Positions 39,748 to 50,980 of a stretch of DNA of 52,818 nucleotides are shown piece after piece. The notes beneath the pieces were generated by a model. That model was given only the letters and a program-made list of their open reading frames with translations, did no database searches and had not been told where the DNA came from. The translations under genes and the position numbers were made by a program. Each line of letters starts with the position of its first letter. Position 1 is the stretch's first letter. This DNA comes from Candidatus Daviesbacteria bacterium (GTDB lineage: Bacteria > Patescibacteriota > Microgenomatia > Daviesbacterales > UBA10151), in NCBI GenBank assembly GCA_016183245.1, contig JACPEY010000033.1:1-52818 (forward strand). The letters are read 5' to 3'.

Positions 39748-41528
39748 TTTTCTTTTGTCCCCACTAAAAATACAGCCTGCCAGGGTCTGTAAACTGATTT
39801 CCAGGTTTCAGAGATTAAAGTTTCGTTCCCTCTTACTACGGTTCTGGTAAAGGTAACGGTTGCTCCCTGGGCTGCCCAGTCAACCTGTTTTACAGTGCCT
39901 TTTGGCAAAGCCGGGTCATCCTGTCTAAGTTCCGTAGGTGCCGGGATCAAATTAGTAACTTGGGACTTGGATAAGATAGATGTTCTGCCGTCTGGTGTAC
40001 CGTATAAATCAACATACAGGGTAGTACCGGAAGTATATGCCTGGATTAAGATATGATTTGACGTATCATTTTTAAATTGAAAATCAACACTCGGATAAAA
40101 AATTGTAGCATCAAGGCCAGGAGGAAATCCCTGTTCATAGTAACTGACTCTATAAGCATGGGCTGTTCTTTTAATAACAGGCAGTCCGGCATTTAAAACT
40201 GCCCTAAAAAGTGTGGTTGAATCCTGGCAGACTCCGCCCCCGTCATCTAAAACAGTCCTGCCTTCTTTAATAACATAAGCCTGTTTAAAACCTGTTGCTG
40301 CAGAAATGTCTCCGACTGTTTTATTAAAAGAAAAAGTTTCACCCGGTGGTACCAGCACCCCGTTAATTCTGGTGGCAGTTAAGCCAATATTGTAGATCCT
40401 GTTAGGGATTGATCCGGCAAAGTTAGAAATCCCCCTTCCCAGAAGCTCTTTAATCCCTAAACTATTAACATTTGAGGTTTCTATTTTGGGTTTGACGATA
40501 TCAACAGGCAGGGTGATGGTTTTTAGAGAACCTGCAAGCAGGGACTCCGAAATAAGGTCAAAGGTTTTATCAACATCCAATTTCCGTCCTTCCCGGGAAG
40601 GCTTAAAAGCGTTTACTCTTTTTGTATCAGGATTGAATTCAAATAATCCTTCCTGGACTTCAGTGTCAATTTCCTGGGCAAGTTTTTTTAGATAAGTGTT
40701 GCCTTGATCTTGATCCAGCAAAGAAGTGCCTTTTTTAAAATCTAGTAAGGTCAACAGTTGTTTAGCATCTAAAACAAAAGTCTTGTTATCAAATGTCAAT
40801 TTGACTGGTTCTTTTAATACTGTGTCTAAAACATCTTTGGCACGGGTGACGTGACTGGTGGTAATTTGGGGAGGTATAGTTTTAGCAGGCAATAGGGGAG
40901 AATATTTGCCGGTCAAAAGGAAATCTTTGATTATCTTTTCCGTGCCTTCTTTATCTAAGGCCAGACCATCAACACTTTCTTTGATCTGAATGCGGGCAGA
41001 AGAGCTGCTTTCAGGTTCCGGTGTTTCGTCAAAAATCAGCTGGGCATTTTGTGGAGGAAGATCAATTTGTGAAGCTACAGCATTAAATTGTTTTTCTAAA
41101 GATAAAGCTATTTTTGGGGAAATTCTGGATGCAAAAAAGAGGGAATATGCTTGAGAGTTTATTTGATCCCAAGGCGTGCCGCTGTGGCTTTGCCTGAAAT
41201 TACTATCCAGTGAGGAATAATCCAGGGAAGCAGAGGAGGTAGCTAAATCAATGGTAAATGTTTGTCCTGATTTGCTGGCAGCGGAGAAATTAAACTGCAG
41301 TTTTTGCCGGGATCTTTTTTGAAAACTTAATTGGACTTTTTGAATTGCCTGGCCTTCTGTTAAAAAAGAAATATTGGTATCTCCCACAAAAGTCTGGGGG
41401 TAATATTTATCTGCCAGGAATGATTCAACAGTGATGATTGTCAAAACAAAAAGCACAATAAATAAAATAACCGGCAGGAGGTTTTTTTTAACAAATTGAA
41501 AATGCGCGATTTTTTTAGCTTTAGCCAT
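39744..41528 (-). CDS. VanW/YoaR-family protein with an N-terminal membrane anchor
   Basis: TM at LLPVILFIVLFVLTIITV. VanW core PPGETFSFNKTVG...GGGVCQDSTTLFRAVLNAGLPV..R.AH. Confidence 0.85.
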   Translation of the reverse strand: MAKAKKIAHFQFVKKNLLPVILFIVLFVLTIITVESFLADKYYPQTFVGDTNISFLTEGQAIQKVQLSFQKRSRQKLQFNFSAASKSGQTFTIDLATSSASLDYSSLDSNFRQSHSGTPWDQINSQAYSLFFASRISPKIALSLEKQFNAVASQIDLPPQNAQLIFDETPEPESSSSARIQIKESVDGLALDKEGTEKIIKDFLLTGKYSPLLPAKTIPPQITTSHVTRAKDVLDTVLKEPVKLTFDNKTFVLDAKQLLTLLDFKKGTSLLDQDQGNTYLKKLAQEIDTEVQEGLFEFNPDTKRVNAFKPSREGRKLDVDKTFDLISESLLAGSLKTITLPVDIVKPKIETSNVNSLGIKELLGRGISNFAGSIPNRIYNIGLTATRINGVLVPPGETFSFNKTVGDISAATGFKQAYVIKEGRTVLDDGGGVCQDSTTLFRAVLNAGLPVIKRTAHAYRVSYYEQGFPPGLDATIFYPSVDFQFKNDTSNHILIQAYTSGTTLYVDLYGTPDGRTSILSKSQVTNLIPAPTELRQDDPALPKGTVKQVDWAAQGATVTFTRTVVRGNETLISETWKSVYRPWQAVFLVGTKEN

Positions 41529-41567
41529 GCCGCTATTGTATCGTTTTAGGGTATAATTTACAAAGAA

Positions 41568-42881
41568 ATGAAAAAGATTATCATCATTGTGCTTGTCCTG
41601 AGTATTATCATAGGACTTATAATCTGGAAATTTGGGTCAAGCATTTCTTTTTTTAATAAACCAAAACCACAAGGTCCGATAACTTTAACTTACTGGGGGC
41701 TTTGGGAGGATAATACTTTAATTGGACCCGCAGTTGCCGAATACCAAAAGCAGAACCCGAATATCGTAATAAATTACGAACGTAAATCGTCCGTAAATTA
41801 CAGAACCAGGGTGCAAACTCAAATCAGGGAAGGGGTAGGGCCGGATATTTTCAGGATTCACAATTCCTGGCTGCCTATGTTTACTTCTGATCTGGCCCCT
41901 GCTCCTTTGGAAGTCTTTACTTTACCCGATTTTAAAAACACATTTTATCCGGTGGCAGCAGACAGTTTTGTGAAGAATAGTCAAATTTATGGCGCGCCGA
42001 TGGAAATAGATGGTTTGGCCCTTTTTTATAACGAAGAGATGCTTTTGGGGATTGGGGGTCAACCGCCGAAAAATTGGCAGGAGTTTATAGATCTGGCAGT
42101 AAAAATGACTGTCAAAGATGCCACCGGTAACATCCAAACTGCGGGTGCTGCCTTAGGAACTGCCGGGAATGTTGACCACTGGCCGGATGTTTTAGGGTTG
42201 CTGATTTTGCAGCAGCCGGGTGCTGATTTTAATAATTTGGCAACTTCCCAAGCTGCAGAAGTATTAAGGTTTTATACCGGTTTTGTGACAGATCCCCGGA
42301 AAAAAACATGGGATGTGAATCTGCCAAAATCAACAGATATGTTTGCCCAGGGGAGATTAGGTTTTTATTTTGCTCCTTCCTGGAGGGCACATGAGCTGCG
42401 AATTGCCAACCCCAACTTAAAATTTAAGGTAGCACCGGTGCCGCAGCTTTCCGGCAAGAATGTGGGTTGGGCTACTTTTTGGGGTGAGGTAGTATCGGTA
42501 AAATCTCAAAATCCAGCAGAAGCCTGGAAATTTGTCAAATATTTAACCTCTGCTGAGGCAGAGAGGCTAGTTTACCAGCAGGCTTCACAAATCAGGTTAT
42601 TTGGTGAGCCTTATTCGCAAGTTAGCCTATCAAACGAACTTGCTGCTGACCCGATTGTGGGAGCCTTTGTTACTCAGGGTCCGATTTATAAAACCTGGTA
42701 CTTATCATCAAACACTTTTGATAACGGAATCAATGATGAGATGATCAAATATTTTGAAGACGGGATAAATGCAACGTTGGCAGGAACTGATCCGCAAAAT
42801 GCTTTGCAGACAGTTGACCAGGGAGTCAAACAGGTTCTGGATAAATACACCAAGCCTCAGCCAGTTCCAACTACCAGATAG
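41568..42881 (+). CDS. ABC-transporter extracellular solute-binding protein (family 1, sugar-type); orphan, with no permease or ATPase nearby
   Basis: Signal anchor, ITLTYWGLWE, and IYGAPMEIDGLALFYN pattern. Confidence 0.8.
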   Translation: MKKIIIIVLVLSIIIGLIIWKFGSSISFFNKPKPQGPITLTYWGLWEDNTLIGPAVAEYQKQNPNIVINYERKSSVNYRTRVQTQIREGVGPDIFRIHNSWLPMFTSDLAPAPLEVFTLPDFKNTFYPVAADSFVKNSQIYGAPMEIDGLALFYNEEMLLGIGGQPPKNWQEFIDLAVKMTVKDATGNIQTAGAALGTAGNVDHWPDVLGLLILQQPGADFNNLATSQAAEVLRFYTGFVTDPRKKTWDVNLPKSTDMFAQGRLGFYFAPSWRAHELRIANPNLKFKVAPVPQLSGKNVGWATFWGEVVSVKSQNPAEAWKFVKYLTSAEAERLVYQQASQIRLFGEPYSQVSLSNELAADPIVGAFVTQGPIYKTWYLSSNTFDNGINDEMIKYFEDGINATLAGTDPQNALQTVDQGVKQVLDKYTKPQPVPTTR

Positions 42882-42954
42882 TACAAAATATTATTGCTGA
42901 ATTTTTATACGAAGAAATATTAATAGAAATTTGGTTGAATTTTTCAGTCGGTGT

Positions 42955-43158
42955 TTACTTTAGACCCGCTTCTTTTTCCAGGTCTTCAAAAACGCAGTTG
43001 AGTATATAGCGGGCTGTGGCAAGAGAAAGCTGCTCTTCGGTTAGTTGAATCAGATTCCCGGGGGTTATTGATGGCGCACTAGCTCGCTCCGTGAGAACAG
43101 ATTTCACGATCTCGGGTTCTTTTTGGTTGGATCCTAGTCTTTCTGGCATATTTGGCAT
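42955..43158 (-). CDS. Hypothetical small protein
   Basis: 67-aa ORF only. Confidence 0.3.
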   Translation of the reverse strand: MPNMPERLGSNQKEPEIVKSVLTERASAPSITPGNLIQLTEEQLSLATARYILNCVFEDLEKEAGLK

Positions 43159-43279
43159 AATGTTTTGGCAACTTTACCTTGCTGCTGCATTTTACCAAAC
43201 GGTTGTCTGCTTTGTCAAATCGACTCGACGACGATCGGGCCATGTTTGTTGCATACTGATTTTATGGTAAAATGAATTT

Positions 43280-43552
43280 ATGCAAAAGAGGATTTTAAAT
43301 TACAGAATTATTATAGAACCGGAAAAAATGGGTAGGAAAACTGTTTACAATGCCTATTGCCCGACTTTGGGTGTAGCCGACTATGGCGATTCAATCGATG
43401 AAGCTTTAAAGAGCATTAAGGATGGCATTGAATTGGCTATAGAATGTATGAAAGATGAGGGAAAAGAGATCCCTATGGATAATACAGAAGAACAGGTAGT
43501 CATAACAACTAAAGTTAAAGCTCCGCCTGATGCCAGAATAGTTGTGGTATGA
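43280..43552 (+). CDS. hicB: HicB-family antitoxin
   Basis: YRIIIEPE...YNAYCPTLGVADYGDSIDEALKSIKDGIEL. Confidence 0.85.
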   Translation: MQKRILNYRIIIEPEKMGRKTVYNAYCPTLGVADYGDSIDEALKSIKDGIELAIECMKDEGKEIPMDNTEEQVVITTKVKAPPDARIVVV

Positions 43553-43773
43553 ACAAACTGCCGCGTAATATTAAACCCTTACGCCTAATAAAATTCCTAA
43601 TAAAATATGGTTTTAGAAAAGGTAAAGGTAAGGGGAGTCATATCAGGCTTACTCATTCAGATGGTCATTGGACTCAAGTGGCAGTACACCCTGGACCAGT
43701 CCCGGCAGGAACGTTAAGGAAAATTATCAAACAGACAGGATTGAGCGATGATCAATTAAAAGACTTGAAGTAA
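43549..43773 (+). CDS. hicA: HicA-family mRNA interferase toxin
   Basis: LIKFLIKYGF...GKGSHIRL..., 74 aa. 4-nt overlap with hicB. Confidence 0.85.
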   Translation: MNKLPRNIKPLRLIKFLIKYGFRKGKGKGSHIRLTHSDGHWTQVAVHPGPVPAGTLRKIIKQTGLSDDQLKDLK

Positions 43774-43775
43774 GT

Positions 43776-44102
43776 ATGTTTAAAATTGTCACTTTTGTGC
43801 CGGTTGCTGATGCCCAAAAAGTAAGAATGGCTATGGGGGATGCCGGAGCAGGAGTTTTGGGAAATTATCATCATGCCTCTTTTTCTACCAAAGGGGTAGG
43901 AAGGTTTATTCCGGGAAAAGGTGCAAAACCGGCAATTGGAGAGATCGGGAGATTGGAAGAGGTGAAGGAAGAAAGAATTGAAGTAATTTGCCGGAAAGAA
44001 AAAGTTAAGGATGTAGTGGCAGCAATTAAAGCAGTTCACCCTTACGAAGAAATCCCTCTGGAAGTTTATCAATTGATAGATGTAAATGATGGAGTAGCAT
44101 GA
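43776..44102 (+). CDS. COG3323/YqfO-C-like (NIF3 cap-domain-like) small protein
   Basis: MFKIVTFVPVADAQKVRMAMGDAGAG...YHHASF...G.F.P...A.P.IGE...EE.RIEV...VHPYEE. Confidence 0.55.
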   Translation: MFKIVTFVPVADAQKVRMAMGDAGAGVLGNYHHASFSTKGVGRFIPGKGAKPAIGEIGRLEEVKEERIEVICRKEKVKDVVAAIKAVHPYEEIPLEVYQLIDVNDGVA

Positions 44103-45073
44103 GCAACTAAAAATTGTCCTCGATTACAGGCAAAAGTAGGAATACGATTCGTTAGAACTGGATCTAACATTGCCCTGAGAATGCTTGGTAATTGTTGAGG
44201 CAGACTCAGGATGCCAGTTATCCTGTCTACTGTAAAGCCAGCTTTGCAAAGAGCTTGATATAATTCTGGAGAAGTAAAGTTATAATAATATAATTTTTCT
44301 TTTTCACCATTAAGGTCATGATATCCGGAGCGGAAGTTTCCTCTGTGTTCATCTGGGAATGTACCAATTACTAAAGAAAATATATCAGCAGGATGACGCC
44401 GGATATCTCGTCCGGTAGCCTTTAGGTTATAAACAGACATTGCCAGATGTCCCTCTGGAGTTAAGGAATTTTTTATATCAGTTAAACACGCAACATGCGT
44501 CTCTGGTTTGAGGTGTTCTAATACTTGAGCAAATAAAGCGACATCAAACTTTTTAGGTTGAAGCGGCAAAGCAGTGGCATCAGCAACAACGTAGTCAATT
44601 CTACTTGCCACATCTGGAGGAAGAGTGGTTTGGGCTATTGTAGCGTTTAAAAGTAACATCTCGGGAGAAAGATCAATAGCTACTACTTGTCCTGCTCTTT
44701 GAGCCAGATCATGCGTATATCGTTTGCCAGGACCGGCTCCTATATCTACTACCACGGTATGCGAAGAAAAATTAACTCCTTGATATAATGCCTTTCTTTC
44801 TTGTTTTGTTTCATAAGGAGCTTTAGTCTTTTCATAACCAGTAGCGTCTTCGTCCCGGGCTGTTTGTTCAGAAAGTGAATGCAAACTAAGGTGGGGGGGC
44901 AACAAAAAGGCTATTCCGTCTTGTATTGGGTAAGCTGTTTGACAATCAGGGCAACATAATCGGGCCTTAAATATCCGTGATCCTTGCCATTCGGCACCGG
45001 ATATATCGTCTTGACCAAAGGGTCGCCTGTCTGTTGGACATGCAAGTTTATTTGTGATAGTTTCCTCTTTCAT
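44069..45073 (-). CDS. Class I SAM-dependent methyltransferase with an N-terminal Cys-rich (Trm112-like) zinc-ribbon
   Basis: VVDIGAGPGK motif I, DVALFAQVLEHL, and N-terminal CP...CCPDC. Confidence 0.8.
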   Translation of the reverse strand: MKEETITNKLACPTDRRPFGQDDISGAEWQGSRIFKARLCCPDCQTAYPIQDGIAFLLPPHLSLHSLSEQTARDEDATGYEKTKAPYETKQERKALYQGVNFSSHTVVVDIGAGPGKRYTHDLAQRAGQVVAIDLSPEMLLLNATIAQTTLPPDVASRIDYVVADATALPLQPKKFDVALFAQVLEHLKPETHVACLTDIKNSLTPEGHLAMSVYNLKATGRDIRRHPADIFSLVIGTFPDEHRGNFRSGYHDLNGEKEKLYYYNFTSPELYQALCKAGFTVDRITGILSLPQQLPSILRAMLDPVLTNRIPTFACNRGQFLVAHATPSFTSIN

Positions 45074-45120
45074 GGACGGGAATTATATCATTTTTCTCTC
45101 TAAAACGCTATGCTAATGCT

Positions 45121-46071
45121 CTAGCGGAGCGGTGGCAGATTGATCAGTTGGACTTCCGGTTCTAAGGTGATGCCGAATTTTTCTTTGACTTTTTGGGTAT
45201 AAGCTTTGGCTAAATTATAAAAAGCTTTGGCTGTGCCGGTGCCGCTGTTAATAAATAAATTAGCATGGTAGTCAGCTATTTTTATGCCGTCTACAGATTG
45301 ACCTTTGGCACCAACTTCTTCAAGGAGAGCTCCTGCAGTTAATTTGCCGTACACAATTTTTTCCGGCGGGATTTTATCCAAAATCTCTTTGGGTAAAGTT
45401 TCTGCAATGATGTTTTTAAAAAAGCTTCCGGGGCATTTTATGCCGGGAGGATATTTGACAAACCTTTTCCAGGTGATTTCTTTTTCCTCCATCTGCATTT
45501 TTTCTAAATCTCCTTTTTCCAGCTGAAATTTTGCTTCCAGGATGATGTATTTATTCTTTTTGAAAATGCTGTTTCGATAGCCGAAATTACAATCTTTATT
45601 GCTAAATTGCTCAGTAGTTAAACTGTGAGGATTTAAAACAGTGACAGAAATAAGATGATCAGAAATAGTCTGGCCGTAAGCTCCGGCATTGCCGTAAACT
45701 GCCCCACCAACTGTCCCGGGAATTTTGGTCAGTTTTTGCAAACCTGCCAGATTGTGGATGATAGCATAATCAACCAGGTCTTGTAATTTAGTGCCGCTTT
45801 TTACGGACACCTGGGAGATGGGCTTTGGCTCCTCCCAGGTGGATATACCACTAATTTCATTTTTAATAACCAGAGAATTTACTCCTTCATCTGAAACCAA
45901 TAAATTGCTGCCAGCGCCAATTATAAGATATGGTATTTTTTGACTGACGGCATATTCAATGGCTTCTATTAAGTCTTTTTCAGTTTTGACTGTCACAAAC
46001 TTTTTGGCCGGTCCACCGATTTGTAAAGTTGTGATATTTGAAAGAGAGTAACTATCCTTGAAATTTAGCAT
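45121..46071 (-). CDS. murB: UDP-N-acetylenolpyruvoylglucosamine reductase
   Basis: TTLQIGGPAK, IIGAGSNLLVSDEG, GGAVYGNAGAYG, PGSFFKN. Start moved to the ATG at 46071. Confidence 0.9.
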   Translation of the reverse strand: MLNFKDSYSLSNITTLQIGGPAKKFVTVKTEKDLIEAIEYAVSQKIPYLIIGAGSNLLVSDEGVNSLVIKNEISGISTWEEPKPISQVSVKSGTKLQDLVDYAIIHNLAGLQKLTKIPGTVGGAVYGNAGAYGQTISDHLISVTVLNPHSLTTEQFSNKDCNFGYRNSIFKKNKYIILEAKFQLEKGDLEKMQMEEKEITWKRFVKYPPGIKCPGSFFKNIIAETLPKEILDKIPPEKIVYGKLTAGALLEEVGAKGQSVDGIKIADYHANLFINSGTGTAKAFYNLAKAYTQKVKEKFGITLEPEVQLINLPPLR

Positions 46072-46699
46072 TATTGTTTTCTGCCAGATGGGCATGGTCA
46101 TTCCAGGTAATAAGATGCCAGTCGTTATTTTTATTTTCACAAATAGTTAATCCGCTGGTTTCAATCTCTAAGAATCTATAAGCACGCAGTAAAATTTCTG
46201 AATTTAAATTTTCTTTCAGCATCATAGCTAAAACAACAGCCTGAATAAAAACAAGGTGTGTGACTACTAAAATATGCTCGTAATTTAGAGATTCCAGATA
46301 TTTTATAAAATCTAATGCTCTTTTTTTAAAGTCATAAAAATTTTCTTCATCAGAATAACGCCAGTTAGGTAGATGGAATTTTTTATCCATTTCATTTTTT
46401 ATTTTTATAACTTCCGGATCACCCTGAAATTTACCCGCAATTTCAGAAGGCCTTCTAATCTCAGTTACCAGGTCAGAATATATTACTTCTTTTTTAAGAT
46501 GCTTATTTATAACTTCAGTTGTCTGCATGGTTCTTTTAAATGTACTGGAAATAATTATCTCTATAGGTAAAGATTTGATTCTTTCTGCAGCTATTTTTGC
46601 CTGTAGTTTCCCTTTCTCCGTTAAGGAAAAATCCGGATGTGAATAAAGCTTTCGGACATTATGATCACCTTCACCGTGGCGTACAAAGTAAACTTTCAT
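46052..46699 (-). CDS. Histidine phosphatase (phosphoglycerate-mutase-like) family protein
   Basis: VYFVRHGEGDHN (RHG motif), and VVTH later in the protein. Confidence 0.8.
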   Translation of the reverse strand: MKVYFVRHGEGDHNVRKLYSHPDFSLTEKGKLQAKIAAERIKSLPIEIIISSTFKRTMQTTEVINKHLKKEVIYSDLVTEIRRPSEIAGKFQGDPEVIKIKNEMDKKFHLPNWRYSDEENFYDFKKRALDFIKYLESLNYEHILVVTHLVFIQAVVLAMMLKENLNSEILLRAYRFLEIETSGLTICENKNNDWHLITWNDHAHLAENNNAKFQG

Positions 46700-46764
46700 A
46701 ATAAGGATTATAACTTATGCGGTTTGTTTATGCATAATAGGAGCAGTTGTGATAAATTAGCTTC

Positions 46765-47721
46765 ATGGAAAAAGCGATTTTAAAAACACTAATTTATGCA
46801 GATATTTTTGATTACCCCTTAAAGATAAATGAAATACATAAATGGTTGATTGGGAAAAAAGTAACACTCAGGCAGTTGGAGAAAGCGCTGGGGAAGTTAG
46901 TGGGTAGGTTACAGGTCTTCGACTCCGAGGTCGCTCAGACTCGAGGAGTTGCAGCCTGCAGAAGATTTTATTATTTGCCAAAAAGAAAAAAACTGATTAG
47001 TAAAAGGTTGGAAAAAGCCAGGCAGTCTGAGGTCTATTTAAAAAAGGCCAGAATGCTTGCCCAGGTTTTGAAAGTAATCCCTTGGATTAAATTGGTTGGG
47101 ATTTCAGGGGGCTTGGCTTTAAATAATGCCGGCAAATATGATGACATTGACCTTTTTATTGTTACTGCCAAAAACCGTTTGTGGGTTTCAAGACTGCTGG
47201 CTTTAGGACTACTGTCTTTAACAGGACAAAGAAGAAAGGCAGGAGAAAGCGGGAAAAAAGTTGCCGGGAAAATATGCGCTAATATTTTAGTGGAAGAGGA
47301 TAAACTGGAGCAGAAAAATAAAGATATATATACTGCCCATGAAGTTTTACAAATGAAAGTTTTGTGGCAGCGGAATGGGATTTATTCTAAATACTTATAT
47401 GATAATGAGTGGGTTTTTAAGTTTTTGCCAAACTGGGTGGATTCGTCATTGCGAGCCCCGAAGGGGCGTGGCAATCTAGTACCGCAGAAGATTGCTTCGT
47501 CGCATTCGCTCCTCGCAATGACGTGGATGGAGGGTCTTGCTAAATGGTTTCAGCTGAAAATAATGCAGAAACAAAAAGGGATGGAGCGGATAGAAGACGG
47601 GGCCCTTTATTTCCATCCTCAGGATTGCCGCCTGGGAGTTTTATCAGAATATAAAAAGAAATTATCTAGATTTTTTGACTCTTGGCTCTCGCGACTAGTC
47701 ACTGACTTAATCAGTCCTTGA
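46765..47721 (+). CDS. Hypothetical protein with a Pol-beta-type nucleotidyltransferase-like motif
   Basis: GISGGLALNNAGKYDDIDLFIVT resembles the G-S...D-x-D NTase signature. Carries in-frame repeat insertions at ~46911-46955 and 47445-47522. Confidence 0.5.
   Translation: MEKAILKTLIYADIFDYPLKINEIHKWLIGKKVTLRQLEKALGKLVGRLQVFDSEVAQTRGVAACRRFYYLPKRKKLISKRLEKARQSEVYLKKARMLAQVLKVIPWIKLVGISGGLALNNAGKYDDIDLFIVTAKNRLWVSRLLALGLLSLTGQRRKAGESGKKVAGKICANILVEEDKLEQKNKDIYTAHEVLQMKVLWQRNGIYSKYLYDNEWVFKFLPNWVDSSLRAPKGRGNLVPQKIASSHSLLAMTWMEGLAKWFQLKIMQKQKGMERIEDGALYFHPQDCRLGVLSEYKKKLSRFFDSWLSRLVTDLISP
47445..47522. repeat. MITE-like palindromic repeat inserted in frame (78 nt = 26 codons)
   Basis: GTCATTGCGAGCCCCGAAGGGGCGTGGCAATCT...AGATTGCTTCGTCGCATTCGCTCCTCGCAATGAC. 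Translated as SLRAPKGRGNLVPQKIASSHSLLAMT. Confidence 0.85.
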
Positions 47722-47746
47722 CAAGTAGTGCTAGTTTTGATATAAA
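47718..47746 (+). promoter_or_regulatory. Putative sigma70-type promoter of groES
   Basis: TTGACA (47718-47723), a 17-nt spacer, then TATAAA (47741-47746), ~60 nt upstream of the groES ATG. Confidence 0.5.
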
Positions 47747-47808
47747 CCATATTTAGTCCGCCTACGCCAAGGCTTCGGCGGATAAATCTGCCTCTTAAGA
47801 AATTCCAT

Positions 47809-48135
47809 ATGCCAAAAGCTAGAAAAGAGTCAAGAATCAAGAATCAAGAATCAATAAAGCCCCTAATGGGTTATGTGTTGGTACAGCCTTCTGAAGCAGA
47901 AACTAGAACTGCCTCCGGTATAATTTTGCCGGAATCTGCCCAGGAAAAACCAGCCCAGGGAAAAGTGGTAGCTTGTGGTGATGAGATGGTTATGGAAAAT
48001 GGAAAGTCTGTGAAGTGTCCGGTTAAAGTGGGAGATAAAGTAGTTTACAAAAAATGGGGCGGGGATGAAATAAAAGTTGACGGCCGGGAGTTGAAATTAG
48101 TAAAGTTTGATGATTTGATGGCAATATTGGAGTGA
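47809..48135 (+). CDS. groES: Co-chaperonin GroES with a repeat-derived N-terminal extension
   Basis: IKPLMGYVLVQP...TASGIILPE...GKVVACG...VGDKVVYKKWGG. The conserved core is preceded by MPKARKESRIKNQES, encoded by the heptamer repeats. Confidence 0.9.
   Translation: MPKARKESRIKNQESIKPLMGYVLVQPSEAETRTASGIILPESAQEKPAQGKVVACGDEMVMENGKSVKCPVKVGDKVVYKKWGGDEIKVDGRELKLVKFDDLMAILE
47830..47854. repeat. Heptanucleotide tandem repeat (TCAAGAA)x3.5 inside the groES 5' end
   Basis: Perfect units at 47830-47850 plus a partial unit. Confidence 0.9.
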
Positions 48136-48144
48136 TTCTCCATT

Positions 48145-48258
48145 GTCATTCCGAGCGATTAGCCCGCTTCGACTTGTCGAAGACGAGGCGAGCGAGGAAT
48201 CTCCCACGAATGTGGGTCTGAAATAAATTCAGAGATTCTTCACTGCGTTCAGAATGAC
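48145..48258. repeat. MITE-like palindromic repeat in the groES-groEL spacer
   Basis: GTCATTCCGAGCGATTAGCC...TTCAGAATGAC. It shares the GAATCTCCCAC core, followed by a related GTGGGTCT motif, with the fmt copy. Confidence 0.85.
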
Positions 48259-48280
48259 AAATAAAAAAGAGGATAAAAAT

Positions 48281-50168
<1,888 letters not shown>

Positions 50169-50212
50169 GCTTGTATCTTGCTTTTGCTTTATCCTAGTGC
50201 TAGATTAAGATT

Positions 50213-50959
50213 ATGGAATGGGCATTTGTAGTTTTGGGAGTTTTAATTTTCCTGCTGATTTTGTCCGGAATTAAAATCATCAATCAATACGAAAGAGGTG
50301 TAGTTTTAACTTTAGGGTCATATTCATATACTTTGAGTCCGGGTTTGAAAATCGTTATCCCTATTATTCAAAGAGTGATTATAGTGGATATGAGGATTAC
50401 CACTTCTGATATCCCCCAACAAGAGGTGATTACAAAGGATAATGTGCCGGTAGGTATTAATGCTGTTGTTTATTTTCAGGTAGAAAGACCGGAAGATGCG
50501 GTTTTAAAAATACAGGATTATGCTTATGCCATTACCCAATATGCCCAAACAGCTTTAAGGGATATTATTGGCGGAGTTGAACTGGATACACTTTTAACTG
50601 AACGGGAAAAAATAGCAGAAGAAATTAAAATTATCGTTGATAAAGAAACTGCCGAGTGGGGAGTTAATGTGACATCTATTAAGATGCAGGATATTGAACT
50701 TCCTGCTGATATGAAAAGGGTGATGGCCAAGCAGGCTGAGGCAGAAAGAGAAAGAAGAGCTACAATTATCAGGGCACACGGAGAACTGGCTGCTTCGGAA
50801 AACTTAAAAAAAGCCATGGAAAACATGAGTAATTCAGGGGCAATTTCTTTGCGGACTTTACAAACCATTGAAGCCACCACTGCCAATCCGGCCAACACCA
50901 TCATTTTTGCCCTGCCAACAGAAATTTTAGCAGGGTTAAGGGAACTCTTTAAAAAATAA
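50213..50959 (+). CDS. SPFH/band-7 (stomatin-like) membrane protein
   Basis: N-terminal TM, then IINQYERGVVLTLG...ITKDNVPVGINAVVYFQV...RDIIG...AEAERERRA. Confidence 0.9.
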   Translation: MEWAFVVLGVLIFLLILSGIKIINQYERGVVLTLGSYSYTLSPGLKIVIPIIQRVIIVDMRITTSDIPQQEVITKDNVPVGINAVVYFQVERPEDAVLKIQDYAYAITQYAQTALRDIIGGVELDTLLTEREKIAEEIKIIVDKETAEWGVNVTSIKMQDIELPADMKRVMAKQAEAERERRATIIRAHGELAASENLKKAMENMSNSGAISLRTLQTIEATTANPANTIIFALPTEILAGLRELFKK

Positions 50960-50980
50960 TATTAATATTTTTCTGTATCT

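Noticed and set aside
46072-46140. N-terminal extension of murB (MKIKITTGILLPGMTMPIWQKTI)
   Set aside because: It overlaps the 3' end of the upstream phosphatase gene. The MurB homology starts at MLNFKD (ATG at 46071).
47724-47740. CIRCE (HrcA operator) upstream of groES
   Set aside because: Only GTAGTGCTAG partially resembles one CIRCE arm (GAGTGCTAA). There is no matching inverted partner at 9-nt spacing.
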